Position numbers and translations under genes: made by a program. Under the pieces are notes generated by a model. That model did not search any database. It was given only the letters and a program-made list of their open reading frames with translations, and had not been told where the DNA came from. Below, one piece after another: positions 10,014 through 19,644 of a stretch of 64,000 nucleotides of DNA (its first letter is position 1; the number at the start of each line of letters is the position of its first letter). Source of the DNA: a virus; the IMG/VR virus record IMGVR_UViG_3300033146_005596, positions 62,586 through 126,585 of that record; one strand, given 5' to 3'.

Positions 10014-10024
10014 TATAATATAAC
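10014..10024 (-). promoter_or_regulatory. Putative early promoter -10 element GTTATATTATA (representative copy)
   Basis: Recurs at 11060-11070, 12934-12944, 16259-16269, 22052-22062, 31610-31620, 37921-37931 and 42429-42439 (variant near 43571), usually followed closely by an AGGAG-type SD. Confidence 0.7.
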
Positions 10025-10031
10025 AGTCTTC

Positions 10032-11042
10032 CTACTTTCTGCGTAGAAAATTGCTGGTATCAGGTACCCCCTGATTAAAAACAAAATCTAATGGGTTCGT
10101 AGTTGTTTCTAGATATTTAAACCAATTCTCAGGGCTTACTAAATATTTAACTTTATTAGCTATATCTTTGATTATCAATTTGTCACCTACAGTATTATAA
10201 AAGACTTTAGAATTCATAAGTTTATGTAACCTGACTAGCTCCTTATCTGATATTTTTTTAGAAAGCTTACCATACTGAAAGTAAACTTGACCTTTTTCTA
10301 TTTTGGAAATTTTGAAAGTTTCTAGCTTATCAGCATAAGGCATATTCTCAAAGGCAAAACCAAAGATTCTATAGCAAGACTTACTTCTAGTCTTAGTCGT
10401 GGAATAAACCTTCATCCTCCGAACGGGTTTTGAGCTCCTTCCTTCACTGAAAAACGCTATAGCTGCTTCAACGTCTTTAATTGTAAATTTTCCGAGATTG
10501 ACCTGTGGAATTGTATGACTATAAACGCTGGTCTCACTAAAAATATAATTTTCTCCCCTTATTGAGATAGCTTCAACTAAAGCCTCTAGTTTTTCCTGAG
10601 TGTTAAATATTATTTTTAAGGCTTTGAGCTCATCATTCCAACATTTTATATTAGACAAAATGTCATCGCAGCTCTCAGAATTATAAGTTGCATCACCTAA
10701 TTCTAGCTGTATTTCATTAGCACTGTTTAGAGTAAGGCAGTATACGTTATCCTTATATAGGAATCCTGTCCTAAAAAACTTTGAATTAGATGGGTTTGGA
10801 CGTGAATAGCTATTAGGCCAGTAAGACCTAAGTTCTTCATCTTTTGGTCTAAAAATTCTGAATTCTCTACTACCTACTATTGCATTTATTTTTTTCTGAG
10901 GCTCAGAGTCCTCAGTACCTAAACCCGCATGCAGATATTTGCTCTTAGCTGCTTTATAATAATTTTTCTTGATTTCAGAGTTTATATACACCTTTTGGTC
11001 ATCTAAAATCATGTTTAATGTAGCTCTTGTTTCTACTGTCAT
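10032..11042 (-). CDS. Hypothetical early protein, paralogue of 11386-12393
   Basis: Shared segment W...LK..F.TQ.KL..L.EAI.IR and SD.ELV.L. Confidence 0.65.
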   Translation of the reverse strand: MTVETRATLNMILDDQKVYINSEIKKNYYKAAKSKYLHAGLGTEDSEPQKKINAIVGSREFRIFRPKDEELRSYWPNSYSRPNPSNSKFFRTGFLYKDNVYCLTLNSANEIQLELGDATYNSESCDDILSNIKCWNDELKALKIIFNTQEKLEALVEAISIRGENYIFSETSVYSHTIPQVNLGKFTIKDVEAAIAFFSEGRSSKPVRRMKVYSTTKTRSKSCYRIFGFAFENMPYADKLETFKISKIEKGQVYFQYGKLSKKISDKELVRLHKLMNSKVFYNTVGDKLIIKDIANKVKYLVSPENWFKYLETTTNPLDFVFNQGVPDTSNFLRRK

Positions 11043-11095
11043 ATTTAGCTCCTTACAGATATAATATAACGAACTTTTTGAAATCTGTGTGAACT

Positions 11096-11383
11096 TTATT
11101 TTAAATTTTTTAATTTATACTTAGTAGACAGTTTAATTAGCTCTTTTGGAAAAGCTTTAATACTACGAAAAAATTCATATAGATGCGGTACATTTTCAAG
11201 GTCGCAAAGCACCTGCTTCCTACCAGTATAAGGACAAGTAACAGTAAACTCTCTAAGAATAATTATCCTTATGGGCTCAGTATAATTATTTGGTGTTATA
11301 AACCCCAGATAGTCTATATCTTTGGGTACCACGGTACCGGCTTCAACTCTATACTCCAAAGTAATACCATCATAGTCTTGCAT
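11096..11383 (-). CDS. Hypothetical protein
   Basis: ORF with SD inside an early operon. Confidence 0.55.
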   Translation of the reverse strand: MQDYDGITLEYRVEAGTVVPKDIDYLGFITPNNYTEPIRIIILREFTVTCPYTGRKQVLCDLENVPHLYEFFRSIKAFPKELIKLSTKYKLKNLK

Positions 11384-11385
11384 AT

Positions 11386-12393
11386 CTAAACTCCTTGTCC
11401 ATGTTCTAAAGACTTACTATTTTGAATAAAAGAATATAAGTTATCTTCTTTATCTAGGTAATTGAGGTAGTCCTCCATCTTAACAGAATAGCTAAGTCCT
11501 GTCCTGCAATTATAAACAACAGGTTTTGTATAAATAACTCTGGAGCAAGTGAACCTATAATATAAGCATACTAGCTCGCTGTCAGAAACTTCAATACCCG
11601 GCTCATTTTTGTTTGTTTTGTAGTATAGTAACTTGTTCTCTGGAATATACTTTAATGTAGAAACATCTGATATATCTCCAGCTTTTAACTCTACTCCAAC
11701 AAACCTTCTAAAAGTGGACTTAAATATCCAAGGGTGATAGTTTCCTTGAAACATGTTAGACGTTACATCTAAGCCCTCTTTAAAGTATTCTTTTGCTAGG
11801 TCAAACTCTTCTTGAGTATATGTTTCTTCTATAATCCCTTGTACTTCCTGGCTAATATTTTCTGAATTATGGAGTAGGCTGTCTTGGCTTGGCCATAAGT
11901 TGGTACCTTCTCTTATGCAAATAGCCTCTGCTAAAATAGCTAATTTATCCTGAGTATCAAACTTTGATTTTAAATGCTCAAAAGCAAATGACCAGTCTTC
12001 AGCTCTTCTTCTGAGCTCCTCAAGAGATAAAGAAACAGATTCTAGTATTCTATCAGTTGATATTATAAAATCATTTTCTACTTTAGCAAGACTAAAAGGG
12101 TAGTCACTAAATAAAAAAACATTTTGCTTATAGTCTTCATCTTCGGTGCTTGGAGTGTCTGAATCTTGGTACCAGTATCTCGACCCATCTAAATCATCAT
12201 CTAGGTTAAAGACTAAAATAGAATTATTCAAGTCTCCCATTATATTGTCAATAGCATTCTGAGTAGTAGTCCATAAAACTTTGTTTTTTTCTATTGGCTC
12301 ATTAGCTTTTTTGTACCAGCTACAAGCTTCAACATCTTTAAGATAGCCTTTAGCTATCTTCCTATACTTTTTTATAGCAGCTTCTCTAAGCAT
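11386..12393 (-). CDS. Hypothetical early protein, paralogue of 10032-11042
   Basis: Same shared segments as 10032-11042. Confidence 0.65.
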   Translation of the reverse strand: MLREAAIKKYRKIAKGYLKDVEACSWYKKANEPIEKNKVLWTTTQNAIDNIMGDLNNSILVFNLDDDLDGSRYWYQDSDTPSTEDEDYKQNVFLFSDYPFSLAKVENDFIISTDRILESVSLSLEELRRRAEDWSFAFEHLKSKFDTQDKLAILAEAICIREGTNLWPSQDSLLHNSENISQEVQGIIEETYTQEEFDLAKEYFKEGLDVTSNMFQGNYHPWIFKSTFRRFVGVELKAGDISDVSTLKYIPENKLLYYKTNKNEPGIEVSDSELVCLYYRFTCSRVIYTKPVVYNCRTGLSYSVKMEDYLNYLDKEDNLYSFIQNSKSLEHGQGV

Positions 12394-12667
12394 CTACTTG
12401 GCTCCTTTTAACATCAAACCCCCAACCTTGGTACCGACGAAAGTCAGAACAAATCTTTGTTTTAAAGACAGGCTTTTTAGTTAGCGTACAAACCTTGCTC
12501 TTTTTACCATATTCACAATTACTGCAGTTTGCTTTAATATAGCTATTACAAGTAGTTGCTCGGTCTTGATTACTAAAATAGACATAGCAAAACTTTTCAT
12601 AAGCAGTACCAATTCCATCTTCTTCTTTTCTAAAAGCCCTATAAAAACAGCTATCACATTTACTCAT
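12386..12667 (-). CDS. Small Cys-rich protein
   Basis: Two CxxC...C...C repeats. Confidence 0.6.
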   Translation of the reverse strand: MSKCDSCFYRAFRKEEDGIGTAYEKFCYVYFSNQDRATTCNSYIKANCSNCEYGKKSKVCTLTKKPVFKTKICSDFRRYQGWGFDVKRSQVDA

Positions 12668-13058
12668 TGTCTTTTTCTCCTAATATCATACATATGCTCC
12701 AGTACTCATGCTGATTAACTGCTCAAATTCCCTCAGCTAAAGCCACTAAAACATGAAACATACCAATAAAAACTCCTACTATCAAAGTAGAGCTTGCTAG
12801 TAACCAAGCCATTTGTCTTGCATTAATAGCCTCATTCTGGTCGTCCTTATAAACTTCTTTAAAATAATCTCTAATTCTCATCATTTCCTTAGCTTCTCCT
12901 ATTAAGTGATTAACGAACTCAAGGTTCCTTACATATAATATAACGAAGCCGTGTGATTATGCGTATAAATAATATTATCTTTATTATAAAATAATAAAAC
13001 AACTTATTATATAGAAGAAAGTATGGTATTTGGTACCAACTTGGTGAGGTAAAATCTG

Positions 13059-13619
13059 ATGGAAAGAATTAAATTTTTAGAGGCTCTAAACGAGTCAGGT
13101 ATAGCAAAGCAAACTATTAAGCAAATCCTAAGGGAAATGGATGCTGTTGAGTTATCTGATAAGAACCCAGAAACAACAAATAAAATGGGGCCCCAACCTA
13201 ATGAGAAATGGCAAGCTCAGGGTAATGCTTCAGAAGATACTAAAAAGAAAGGTTTGGAAATACTTTATATATTAAGCCAAGCAGTTAGTAATCCTAAGTA
13301 CACCATTGCACCTCAGTTTAGAAATTATAATTTCGGGCCATCTGATACTTCTAATCTGGACTTTAAAGGACCATTCTCTATATATGATGATTCTTCTATG
13401 AGCCGAGACAATTCTATTGGTGGTTTATATTTACTGACCCCAGATGAAAGCCGTAGTGGTAACCTTATGCTAGTTTACAAAAGCACAAATACTAAGATGT
13501 GGAAATTTGCAGAAATAGAAAAGAGCTATATACAGCTATTCAATAAAACTCGAATAACAAATCATCAGCTCTTAGTCTATTTAAGAGACCCCGGTAAATG
13601 GAGCCCAATTATTAGTTAG
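13059..13619 (+). CDS. Hypothetical late protein, candidate internal head protein
   Basis: ACTTATTA motif upstream. N-terminal FLE/LNE/LRE motifs. Confidence 0.5.
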   Translation: MERIKFLEALNESGIAKQTIKQILREMDAVELSDKNPETTNKMGPQPNEKWQAQGNASEDTKKKGLEILYILSQAVSNPKYTIAPQFRNYNFGPSDTSNLDFKGPFSIYDDSSMSRDNSIGGLYLLTPDESRSGNLMLVYKSTNTKMWKFAEIEKSYIQLFNKTRITNHQLLVYLRDPGKWSPIIS

Positions 13620-13898
13620 ATTCTTTATGGTCTTCTACATTCTGGGCTGCTAGTAGAGCATATATGGTATCAATAATACTGGTACCATTTTCTCTGCATT
13701 CTTTTAAAATATCATCTGTAATCTCAGTCCCTTTTACTGGGTCTATATTCATTATATTCATTTCTTTTATCCTTATTTTATAGTATAACCATTGGTTATT
13801 ATATTGTTGATTCCAAAAGTAGCCAGATTAAACCACTACGCAACAATGAGTAATTTACTCATTGTTGCTACCTTTTCATTCCTATACCACTTTGTCAG

Positions 13899-14141
13899 TC
13901 AATTTTTTCTTAACCTATTCGCTCTTTTTTTAAATTGTCGAACAGTTAATACTTTGTCATATCTTTTGTTAATAGTAGGCTTTTCTGTATAAAACAAACT
14001 ATGTTCTAATTCTTTATCATATTTTGATATTAAAGTGTGATGTTTACTAAATGAGTTTCTTATTGGCATTTTGATAAAAGTAGAATATCCACAGCCTACA
14101 TTTTCCAAACAAACACTTCCTATATAGTTATATTTTCTCAT
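13899..14141 (-). CDS. Hypothetical protein
   Basis: Short basic ORF with SD in a minus-strand operon. Confidence 0.45.
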   Translation of the reverse strand: MRKYNYIGSVCLENVGCGYSTFIKMPIRNSFSKHHTLISKYDKELEHSLFYTEKPTINKRYDKVLTVRQFKKRANRLRKN

Positions 14142-14145
14142 AAAC

Positions 14146-14535
14146 TTATTTCTCCCCTTCAGTCTCTGTTAGACTTTTTATAAACTCTGCAATATCTTGA
14201 ATGCTATTATCTGTATTTTCTAAAATTGAGTTTGGTGAGAAATTACTATCTTCGTGAGTTAAATTATAATTATCTACTTCCTTAGCAATAATATAAGTAC
14301 CTACTATTTTTTGTGAAGGATATAAAGCTGTACAAACAGTAATAAAGCTTAAAATTATTAAAGCACTAACAAGTTTTATTTTAAATGATTTAGTCTTAAC
14401 TCCTTTTGTACTACTTTCTGCTATTATACTTAAATAAATAATCGAACTTCCAATAAAGATAAAAAGTGATGATACTAATATTAATCCAATACTATCAATA
14501 ACCCACAACCAAAATACCACATCTGAATAACCCAT
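14146..14535 (-). CDS. Two-TM membrane protein
   Basis: Two hydrophobic helices. AGGAG SD. Confidence 0.6.
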   Translation of the reverse strand: MGYSDVVFWLWVIDSIGLILVSSLFIFIGSSIIYLSIIAESSTKGVKTKSFKIKLVSALIILSFITVCTALYPSQKIVGTYIIAKEVDNYNLTHEDSNFSPNSILENTDNSIQDIAEFIKSLTETEGEK

Positions 14536-14607
14536 CTATAACTCCTTTATAATAAAAACACTACAACAGCCCAAATAACTATTGTGATTATCAAGCCTAA
14601 CATAAAA

Positions 14608-14994
14608 CTAAACATTAGCACCCTCTTCACTAACTTCTATCTCGAAGAATTGCTTATTGCCGTTTTCATCAAAGTAAAAACCTACTTCTTCCAACTCTTC
14701 TAGTGTGTATAAATTCTTTAAATTATTTCCACCATTAAAACAGTTATTAGTTATAATATGCACTACTTTTTCTGGTAGACTCATAGGCTTAGTTTTAATA
14801 TATTTCCTCATTTCAAATCGCACAGTTTGGAACGTGCCACCATTGAAAAAGTCTTCTAATGAAAATGGTGCAATAGTTACAACTGCACCATTTTTAGCTT
14901 CTCTAATAACTATTCGTCTTATCCATTGCGACCCCATATTATCTTTAACATACATCTCTTCGTACTTAATTCCATTAGCTATGCCTTTATGCAT
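14608..14994 (-). CDS. Hypothetical protein, paralogue of 15869-16240
   Basis: M.KG..NGI.YE.M.V.D...W..R...F.T.RFEM...IKT.PM is shared. Confidence 0.7.
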   Translation of the reverse strand: MHKGIANGIKYEEMYVKDNMGSQWIRRIVIREAKNGAVVTIAPFSLEDFFNGGTFQTVRFEMRKYIKTKPMSLPEKVVHIITNNCFNGGNNLKNLYTLEELEEVGFYFDENGNKQFFEIEVSEEGANV

Positions 14995-15505
14995 TAGTAT
15001 CCTCCATTAAAAAATAATCATCTCTATGAACCTCATACGTTATTTCATTTAAAAGTTTTCCTCTAAATAAATACTCATCTCTAAATACAAAACGAGTATA
15101 TTTAATATTTGACAATAATTTATCATACAATCTAACTGCTCTTTTATTATTAGCGATAACTGAAAAATCAAGTTTGTTAATTTCCTCTTCCTTAAATTGA
15201 TATTCAAACCAACTCTTCAAAGATTTTACAAAAATCAATTGTTCACTAAATGTTTTAGCAAATGATAGTAAATTGAGATTGCAAATTGCATTAAGGTTAT
15301 TGTTGTAATTATATGTAATCATTCCTACTATTCTATTTGTATCAGGCATATAAAGCTCTATAAGTGACATATAGCCTTTATCTAGACCTTTCTCAATAGC
15401 TTTTAAGTACTGAATTGGGGTTTTACCTAGTGTTAAATATTCACTAGCTTCTAGATAAGGAATCATTTGCTCTTGATTATTTAAGTGACACTGCTTTCTA
15501 AACAT
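14987..15505 (-). CDS. GNAT-fold acetyltransferase-like protein
   Basis: IVGMITY and VIANNKRAVRLYDK (RimJ/RimL-like motif B). Confidence 0.55.
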   Translation of the reverse strand: MFRKQCHLNNQEQMIPYLEASEYLTLGKTPIQYLKAIEKGLDKGYMSLIELYMPDTNRIVGMITYNYNNNLNAICNLNLLSFAKTFSEQLIFVKSLKSWFEYQFKEEEINKLDFSVIANNKRAVRLYDKLLSNIKYTRFVFRDEYLFRGKLLNEITYEVHRDDYFLMEDTNA

Positions 15506-15571
15506 GATTTATCACCAGCATACGAATCAACACAACAATCTCTTCATATTTAATATCATCAACTATACGCA

Positions 15572-15865
15572 TTAGCCTCTTCCCTTATTTTTAGTTTTAT
15601 TGCTAGGTAAAACTACTTCTACCCAATCTTCTGCAAATAACTCTTTGTTAGTAGGTGTATAAGCACTTACTTTCTCTGTTCTTTTGTCAATCAATTCTAA
15701 AATAGGTTCTGGTCTAGAAGTCCATGCTATGTCTTTATAAAATTGTACCCTAATATATTGTTTATTTTCCCAGGACTTTCTAGCTAGTTTAGTGCCTCCT
15801 AGCAATAATAAAATCCCTACACCAAAAGAAAATCCTATTTTGTTTCTAGCTTCACCCTTCTGCAT
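15572..15865 (-). CDS. DUF2829 / Tad2-like protein
   Basis: G.KLARKSW and YTPTNKELFAEDW match the family signature R..W...W.P...D..A.DW. Confidence 0.6.
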   Translation of the reverse strand: MQKGEARNKIGFSFGVGILLLLGGTKLARKSWENKQYIRVQFYKDIAWTSRPEPILELIDKRTEKVSAYTPTNKELFAEDWVEVVLPSNKTKNKGRG

Positions 15866-15868
15866 TAG

Positions 15869-16240
15869 TTAGTCCTCCTCTATTTCAAATTTATATTTAT
15901 TTCCCTGTTTGTCATAAACTGTATCTAAGTGTAACACTTCATTTAAAGTATGAAAATCGTTCACCAAATCCCCATTAACAGTGAAATAAAATCCGCTAAG
16001 CAAAAACTCAATCTTTTCTACTGTCGTCATTGGACGCGTTTTAATTGGTTTACTCATTTCAAATCGTGTAGTATCAAATACAAAACCGTTTAAAAAATCA
16101 TCTTCGTACTCTACTACGATTGCAACAGCCTTACCATTTTTTGACTTTAATATAACAAGTCTCTTTTGCCATGGATGAGTTATTTCGTCTCGAACCCACA
16201 TTTTTTCATAGTTAATTCCATTTACTTCACCTTTTTTCAT
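15869..16240 (-). CDS. Hypothetical protein, paralogue of 14608-14994
   Basis: Same shared pattern as 14608-14994. Early promoter motif upstream. Confidence 0.7.
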   Translation of the reverse strand: MKKGEVNGINYEKMWVRDEITHPWQKRLVILKSKNGKAVAIVVEYEDDFLNGFVFDTTRFEMSKPIKTRPMTTVEKIEFLLSGFYFTVNGDLVNDFHTLNEVLHLDTVYDKQGNKYKFEIEED

Positions 16241-16326
16241 TTTTTAGCTCCTTACATATATAATATAACGTAATTCTCAAAAATTGTGTAAAACAAATTT
16301 TATTATTGATGCAAATTGCTTTAGAG

Positions 16327-16565
16327 CTAGCCAAAAACATTGTTGGTACCAGCTTTCCACCTGGTAATGTCTTGATTAAATATTGAATTACAAAACATAT
16401 AACTCATATTTTTAACATTAGAGACATCCCAGTTTGAAAGGTCTTGATTAAATTGTGAATGAGCAAACATATAGCTCATATCAGTAATTCCAGATACATC
16501 AACATCAGATACATTTTCTCCGTTTTTATCATTTCTTTTAATTCTTTTCTTGTTATCTTAGTCAT
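16327..16565 (-). pseudogene. Frameshifted DUF285 (PARCEL/BspA-type) repeat protein
   Basis: [14 protein letters not shown], then a one-base shift in an A5 run, then [55 protein letters not shown]. Confidence 0.75.
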
Positions 16566-16592
16566 TGGGCGTACCTACTACTCCAGCTATTT

Positions 16593-17675
16593 TCATTTAT
16601 TATCTTTTTCTTTTTTATTAAACCAAATCTCATAGCTTCTACTTTTAATCTTAGCTGATATATCTGGAGAGCTATACCCCCTTATTACAATACCTTCTCG
16701 CTTTACTTTACTATTCAATAAAGAAGTACCTTCAGAATACTCCAGTAGCTCCTTGACTGAGTTTCCAAGCTTGGAAAGGCTAGTACACTCTTTTAATATT
16801 GGTACATAAGATAATCCTGTTTCTAAAAAAAAGCTGGTCATTTTCTCAAAGCCCAAATCCTTTTCTGTATCTAAGTTCCTAACATTATACACAAAAAAAG
16901 CTAATATATCAAGATTATAAATATTTTTCTGAATACCAGGCCCAACAATCTCACCTTGGACCGCAATATTAAAACCGTGCTTTTTTTTATATTTTTTTAA
17001 CACCTTGTTTAGTTGGTACTGTTCAGCTACTCGGTACCAGTTATTACTCTTGTCTAACCTCCGTGTATTATGGCTAAAAACTTTAAACTTCTTACCTTCT
17101 AAGGAGTAAGCGGCCGCTTGACCTTCCAACTTTTCAGTAACAGAAAAAAGTATATTTTCCTTTTTGAGTCTATCATAACAAACCTGAATATTAGTCTCGC
17201 CGCTTTTTTTAATATTAGCTGGATAGGCAAAATCAATAGGGCCTATGAGTTTTATTCTCAATTTCTGGAAAAAGTTTAATTTAGTAGTGTCCGTTTGTGC
17301 AGTCTTTTGCTCATATCTTTTAATTTCTAAAATATCAGCAACTTTTAAGCCTTCAACTCTATTCTTAGCAAGAAGAGTTTTAGGTAAAATGTCTAAGCTG
17401 AATACAATTCCTTGAGAAAATAATCCTCGCATTTTCATATTCCGAATCCTAAAACCTTTTACTCGACTGTTATAGCACCTCGACCTTAAGAACTCAAACT
17501 TAGGCTTTTCTGGTAATACTGTATCATATTCAATATAAACACACAGGTCCCCAGCTTTGAAATCATCTTTTTTTACAATGACATCCCAGCCAAGAACATG
17601 TGCTAATTCGATATTATCACAGCCTTTAATTGGCTCTATACTTTTAATCTTTTGAATGCTTGCTAAATCTCGCAT
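16593..17675 (-). CDS. ATP-dependent RNA ligase, DRB0094 family
   Basis: N-terminal LASIQKI...YIEYDTVLP...RGLFSQG domain, then TEKLEG, QGEIVGPGIQKN and REGIV ligase motifs. Confidence 0.9.
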   Translation of the reverse strand: MRDLASIQKIKSIEPIKGCDNIELAHVLGWDVIVKKDDFKAGDLCVYIEYDTVLPEKPKFEFLRSRCYNSRVKGFRIRNMKMRGLFSQGIVFSLDILPKTLLAKNRVEGLKVADILEIKRYEQKTAQTDTTKLNFFQKLRIKLIGPIDFAYPANIKKSGETNIQVCYDRLKKENILFSVTEKLEGQAAAYSLEGKKFKVFSHNTRRLDKSNNWYRVAEQYQLNKVLKKYKKKHGFNIAVQGEIVGPGIQKNIYNLDILAFFVYNVRNLDTEKDLGFEKMTSFFLETGLSYVPILKECTSLSKLGNSVKELLEYSEGTSLLNSKVKREGIVIRGYSSPDISAKIKSRSYEIWFNKKEKDNK

Positions 17676-17702
17676 GTTTACTTCTCCCCTTGTATATAAT
17701 AC

Positions 17703-17960
17703 TTATTCTTCATTAATAAGTATACTATCCCATCTTTCAGAAGTTCGATACCACTTAGCATATTTATCTAAGGCTTTTCCAGTTCTTGCATCAAACTTAG
17801 GCCCAAAATCAAATGCTCCAAAGATTAAGCAATCTTGCGGGCAATCATCAAACACTTCTTGGCTATCCACTGCAGAACCTTCTCCAGCATTTTGTCTATA
17901 CTCTTGTAGTAGTTCTTGGTCTGCTAAAAACGCTACAAACTCTTCTCTTGTCTTTTCCAT
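17703..17960 (-). CDS. Hypothetical protein
   Basis: Middle promoter motif and AAGGAG SD. Confidence 0.6.
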   Translation of the reverse strand: MEKTREEFVAFLADQELLQEYRQNAGEGSAVDSQEVFDDCPQDCLIFGAFDFGPKFDARTGKALDKYAKWYRTSERWDSILINEE

Positions 17961-18025
17961 ATTTTATTATCTCCTTATATTATTATAATAAGGTGAAAGT
18001 AGACCTTTCTTACAAAAATAAATAA

Positions 18026-18058
18026 AAAAAACAGTCTTTTTAATTAAAGACTGTTTTT
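18026..18058. terminator. Bidirectional terminator
   Basis: AAAAACAGTCTTT / AAAGACTGTTTTT inverted repeat. Confidence 0.7.
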
Positions 18059-18102
18059 GGTAATTGGTACCAACAATTTTAATCTTACTATGAAAAAGAG
18101 CT

Positions 18103-18240
18103 CTAGTCCTTGCCACAGTAGACATATTTACTTGTCAGCTTTATACAAAGCTCACAGTTGACACAATTTATTTTCTTTTCCAATGGGCACTCCTTCGGTG
18201 CTTGATTCTTAAAAACTCTTAAGTGCTTATCTGCCTTCAT
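18103..18240 (-). CDS. 45-aa Cys-rich peptide (not in the ORF track)
   Basis: MKADKHLRVFKNQAPKECPLEKKINCVNCELCIKLTSKYVYCGKD. ATGA overlap with the upstream gene and a GGAGG SD. Confidence 0.55.
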   Translation of the reverse strand: MKADKHLRVFKNQAPKECPLEKKINCVNCELCIKLTSKYVYCGKD

Positions 18241-18464
18241 TTACCTCCCCTTCCTCTTCTTATAATTGAAATAATCATTAAGGTAACTCCTATTATAAGC
18301 ATTAAACTAGAATAGATAGCAAAAACTAATAATGGGAAGATGCTTATAATCCACCAACTTACAAAAATTAAGCCAAATAGCTTAAGTCCTATAAGAGTAA
18401 ACCACGCTCCATAAAATACCAGGCCTTCTAAATTTGTGTTTAACCATTTAATAAACTTTTTCAT
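18237..18464 (-). CDS. Small membrane protein
   Basis: Two hydrophobic segments with LKLFGLI..SWW.I..P. Confidence 0.6.
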   Translation of the reverse strand: MKKFIKWLNTNLEGLVFYGAWFTLIGLKLFGLIFVSWWIISIFPLLVFAIYSSLMLIIGVTLMIISIIRRGRGGK

Positions 18465-18469
18465 AAACT

Positions 18470-19600
18470 CTACCCCTTTATATTATAAACAGATTTCCAG
18501 ATTTCAATATCTGATATATTACCAGATAGTTCTTTAATCACAATATCAGCGTCTTTGTAAGCCCTAGGACTTTCATCTAGCCTCTTCTCATCTATACAAG
18601 AGCTCCAAATGTCTTTAGTATCCTCCTTAAACTCTTCCATTGCTAGTGTCTTTTTAGCTTGTGTTCTTGAGAAATTACGGCCAAGCCCATGAGGAGCTGA
18701 ACTGTTCCAATCAGTTTTTCCTCTTCCATACCCAACCAAAACACCTAAACCCATATTTAAAGGTATAATAACCTTTTCTAGCTTATGAGCAGATATAGCC
18801 CCCTTCCTAAGTATATTATCCTCAAAATCAATATAATTATGAACTGATGAAAAAGTCTGCATTCCATTCCTATTAAAAAACTCAAATATAATAGTAGAAT
18901 AAATCAAGGACCGACTAGTCTCTGCATACTCTTGAGCTATTTTCATGTGGTCAAAATATTTCTTAGCAGCTTTTCCATCTAAGTACTCTAAGCCTTTTTC
19001 TGCGTCTTTACAAGTATCCTCTGCTATTTTCTGGTGATAATCACAAATGTCTTTTCCAAACTTTCTAGAGCCAGTATGAACCACTAGGTAATGCTCATTG
19101 TTTTTATCTTTAACAATTTCAATAAAGTGATTACCACCTCCCAGGGTACCAATAGAGTTCTTGTACCTTTTTATGGAGTCTTCTTGACCTATTTCTTTAG
19201 CTACTTTTTCTATTTTCTTTAACAGACCCACTAAATTATTTCTTTCAAGAACTTTATCCAGATTTTGATGTATGTTAAATCCAACTGGAGTCCTTTCTCT
19301 TATAAACTTGTCAAGCCTTTCAAAAGTTGTTGCATCCAAGTTGTTCAAACCATCAATAGACGTACAAGAAACGCCACAGCCAATGTCTACACCAATTAAA
19401 TTTGGTATTACTTTTGAGCCCAACTCCATTGTTAACCCAATAGGACCAGCAGCTCCAAAGTGGTTATCTGGCATTATTCTAACTTTCTTACCTTTTGAAA
19501 CAGGAGAAACCATAATAGATTTAACTTGTTCTGCTACGTTATCAGGTACTTCATTACAAAATATTTTAGCGGTACCGAATTTTCCTTTTATTTCTTCCAT
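18470..19600 (-). CDS. rtcB: RtcB RNA-splicing/repair ligase
   Basis: MPDNH, GVDIGCG, GTLGGGNHFIE, HTGSR, HNY, SAPHG.GR and DESP.AYK motifs. Confidence 0.95.
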   Translation of the reverse strand: MEEIKGKFGTAKIFCNEVPDNVAEQVKSIMVSPVSKGKKVRIMPDNHFGAAGPIGLTMELGSKVIPNLIGVDIGCGVSCTSIDGLNNLDATTFERLDKFIRERTPVGFNIHQNLDKVLERNNLVGLLKKIEKVAKEIGQEDSIKRYKNSIGTLGGGNHFIEIVKDKNNEHYLVVHTGSRKFGKDICDYHQKIAEDTCKDAEKGLEYLDGKAAKKYFDHMKIAQEYAETSRSLIYSTIIFEFFNRNGMQTFSSVHNYIDFEDNILRKGAISAHKLEKVIIPLNMGLGVLVGYGRGKTDWNSSAPHGLGRNFSRTQAKKTLAMEEFKEDTKDIWSSCIDEKRLDESPRAYKDADIVIKELSGNISDIEIWKSVYNIKG

Positions 19601-19644
19601 ACTTTAACTCCTATTTTTAGTATTCTTTTTATCTGGTCTAATTG

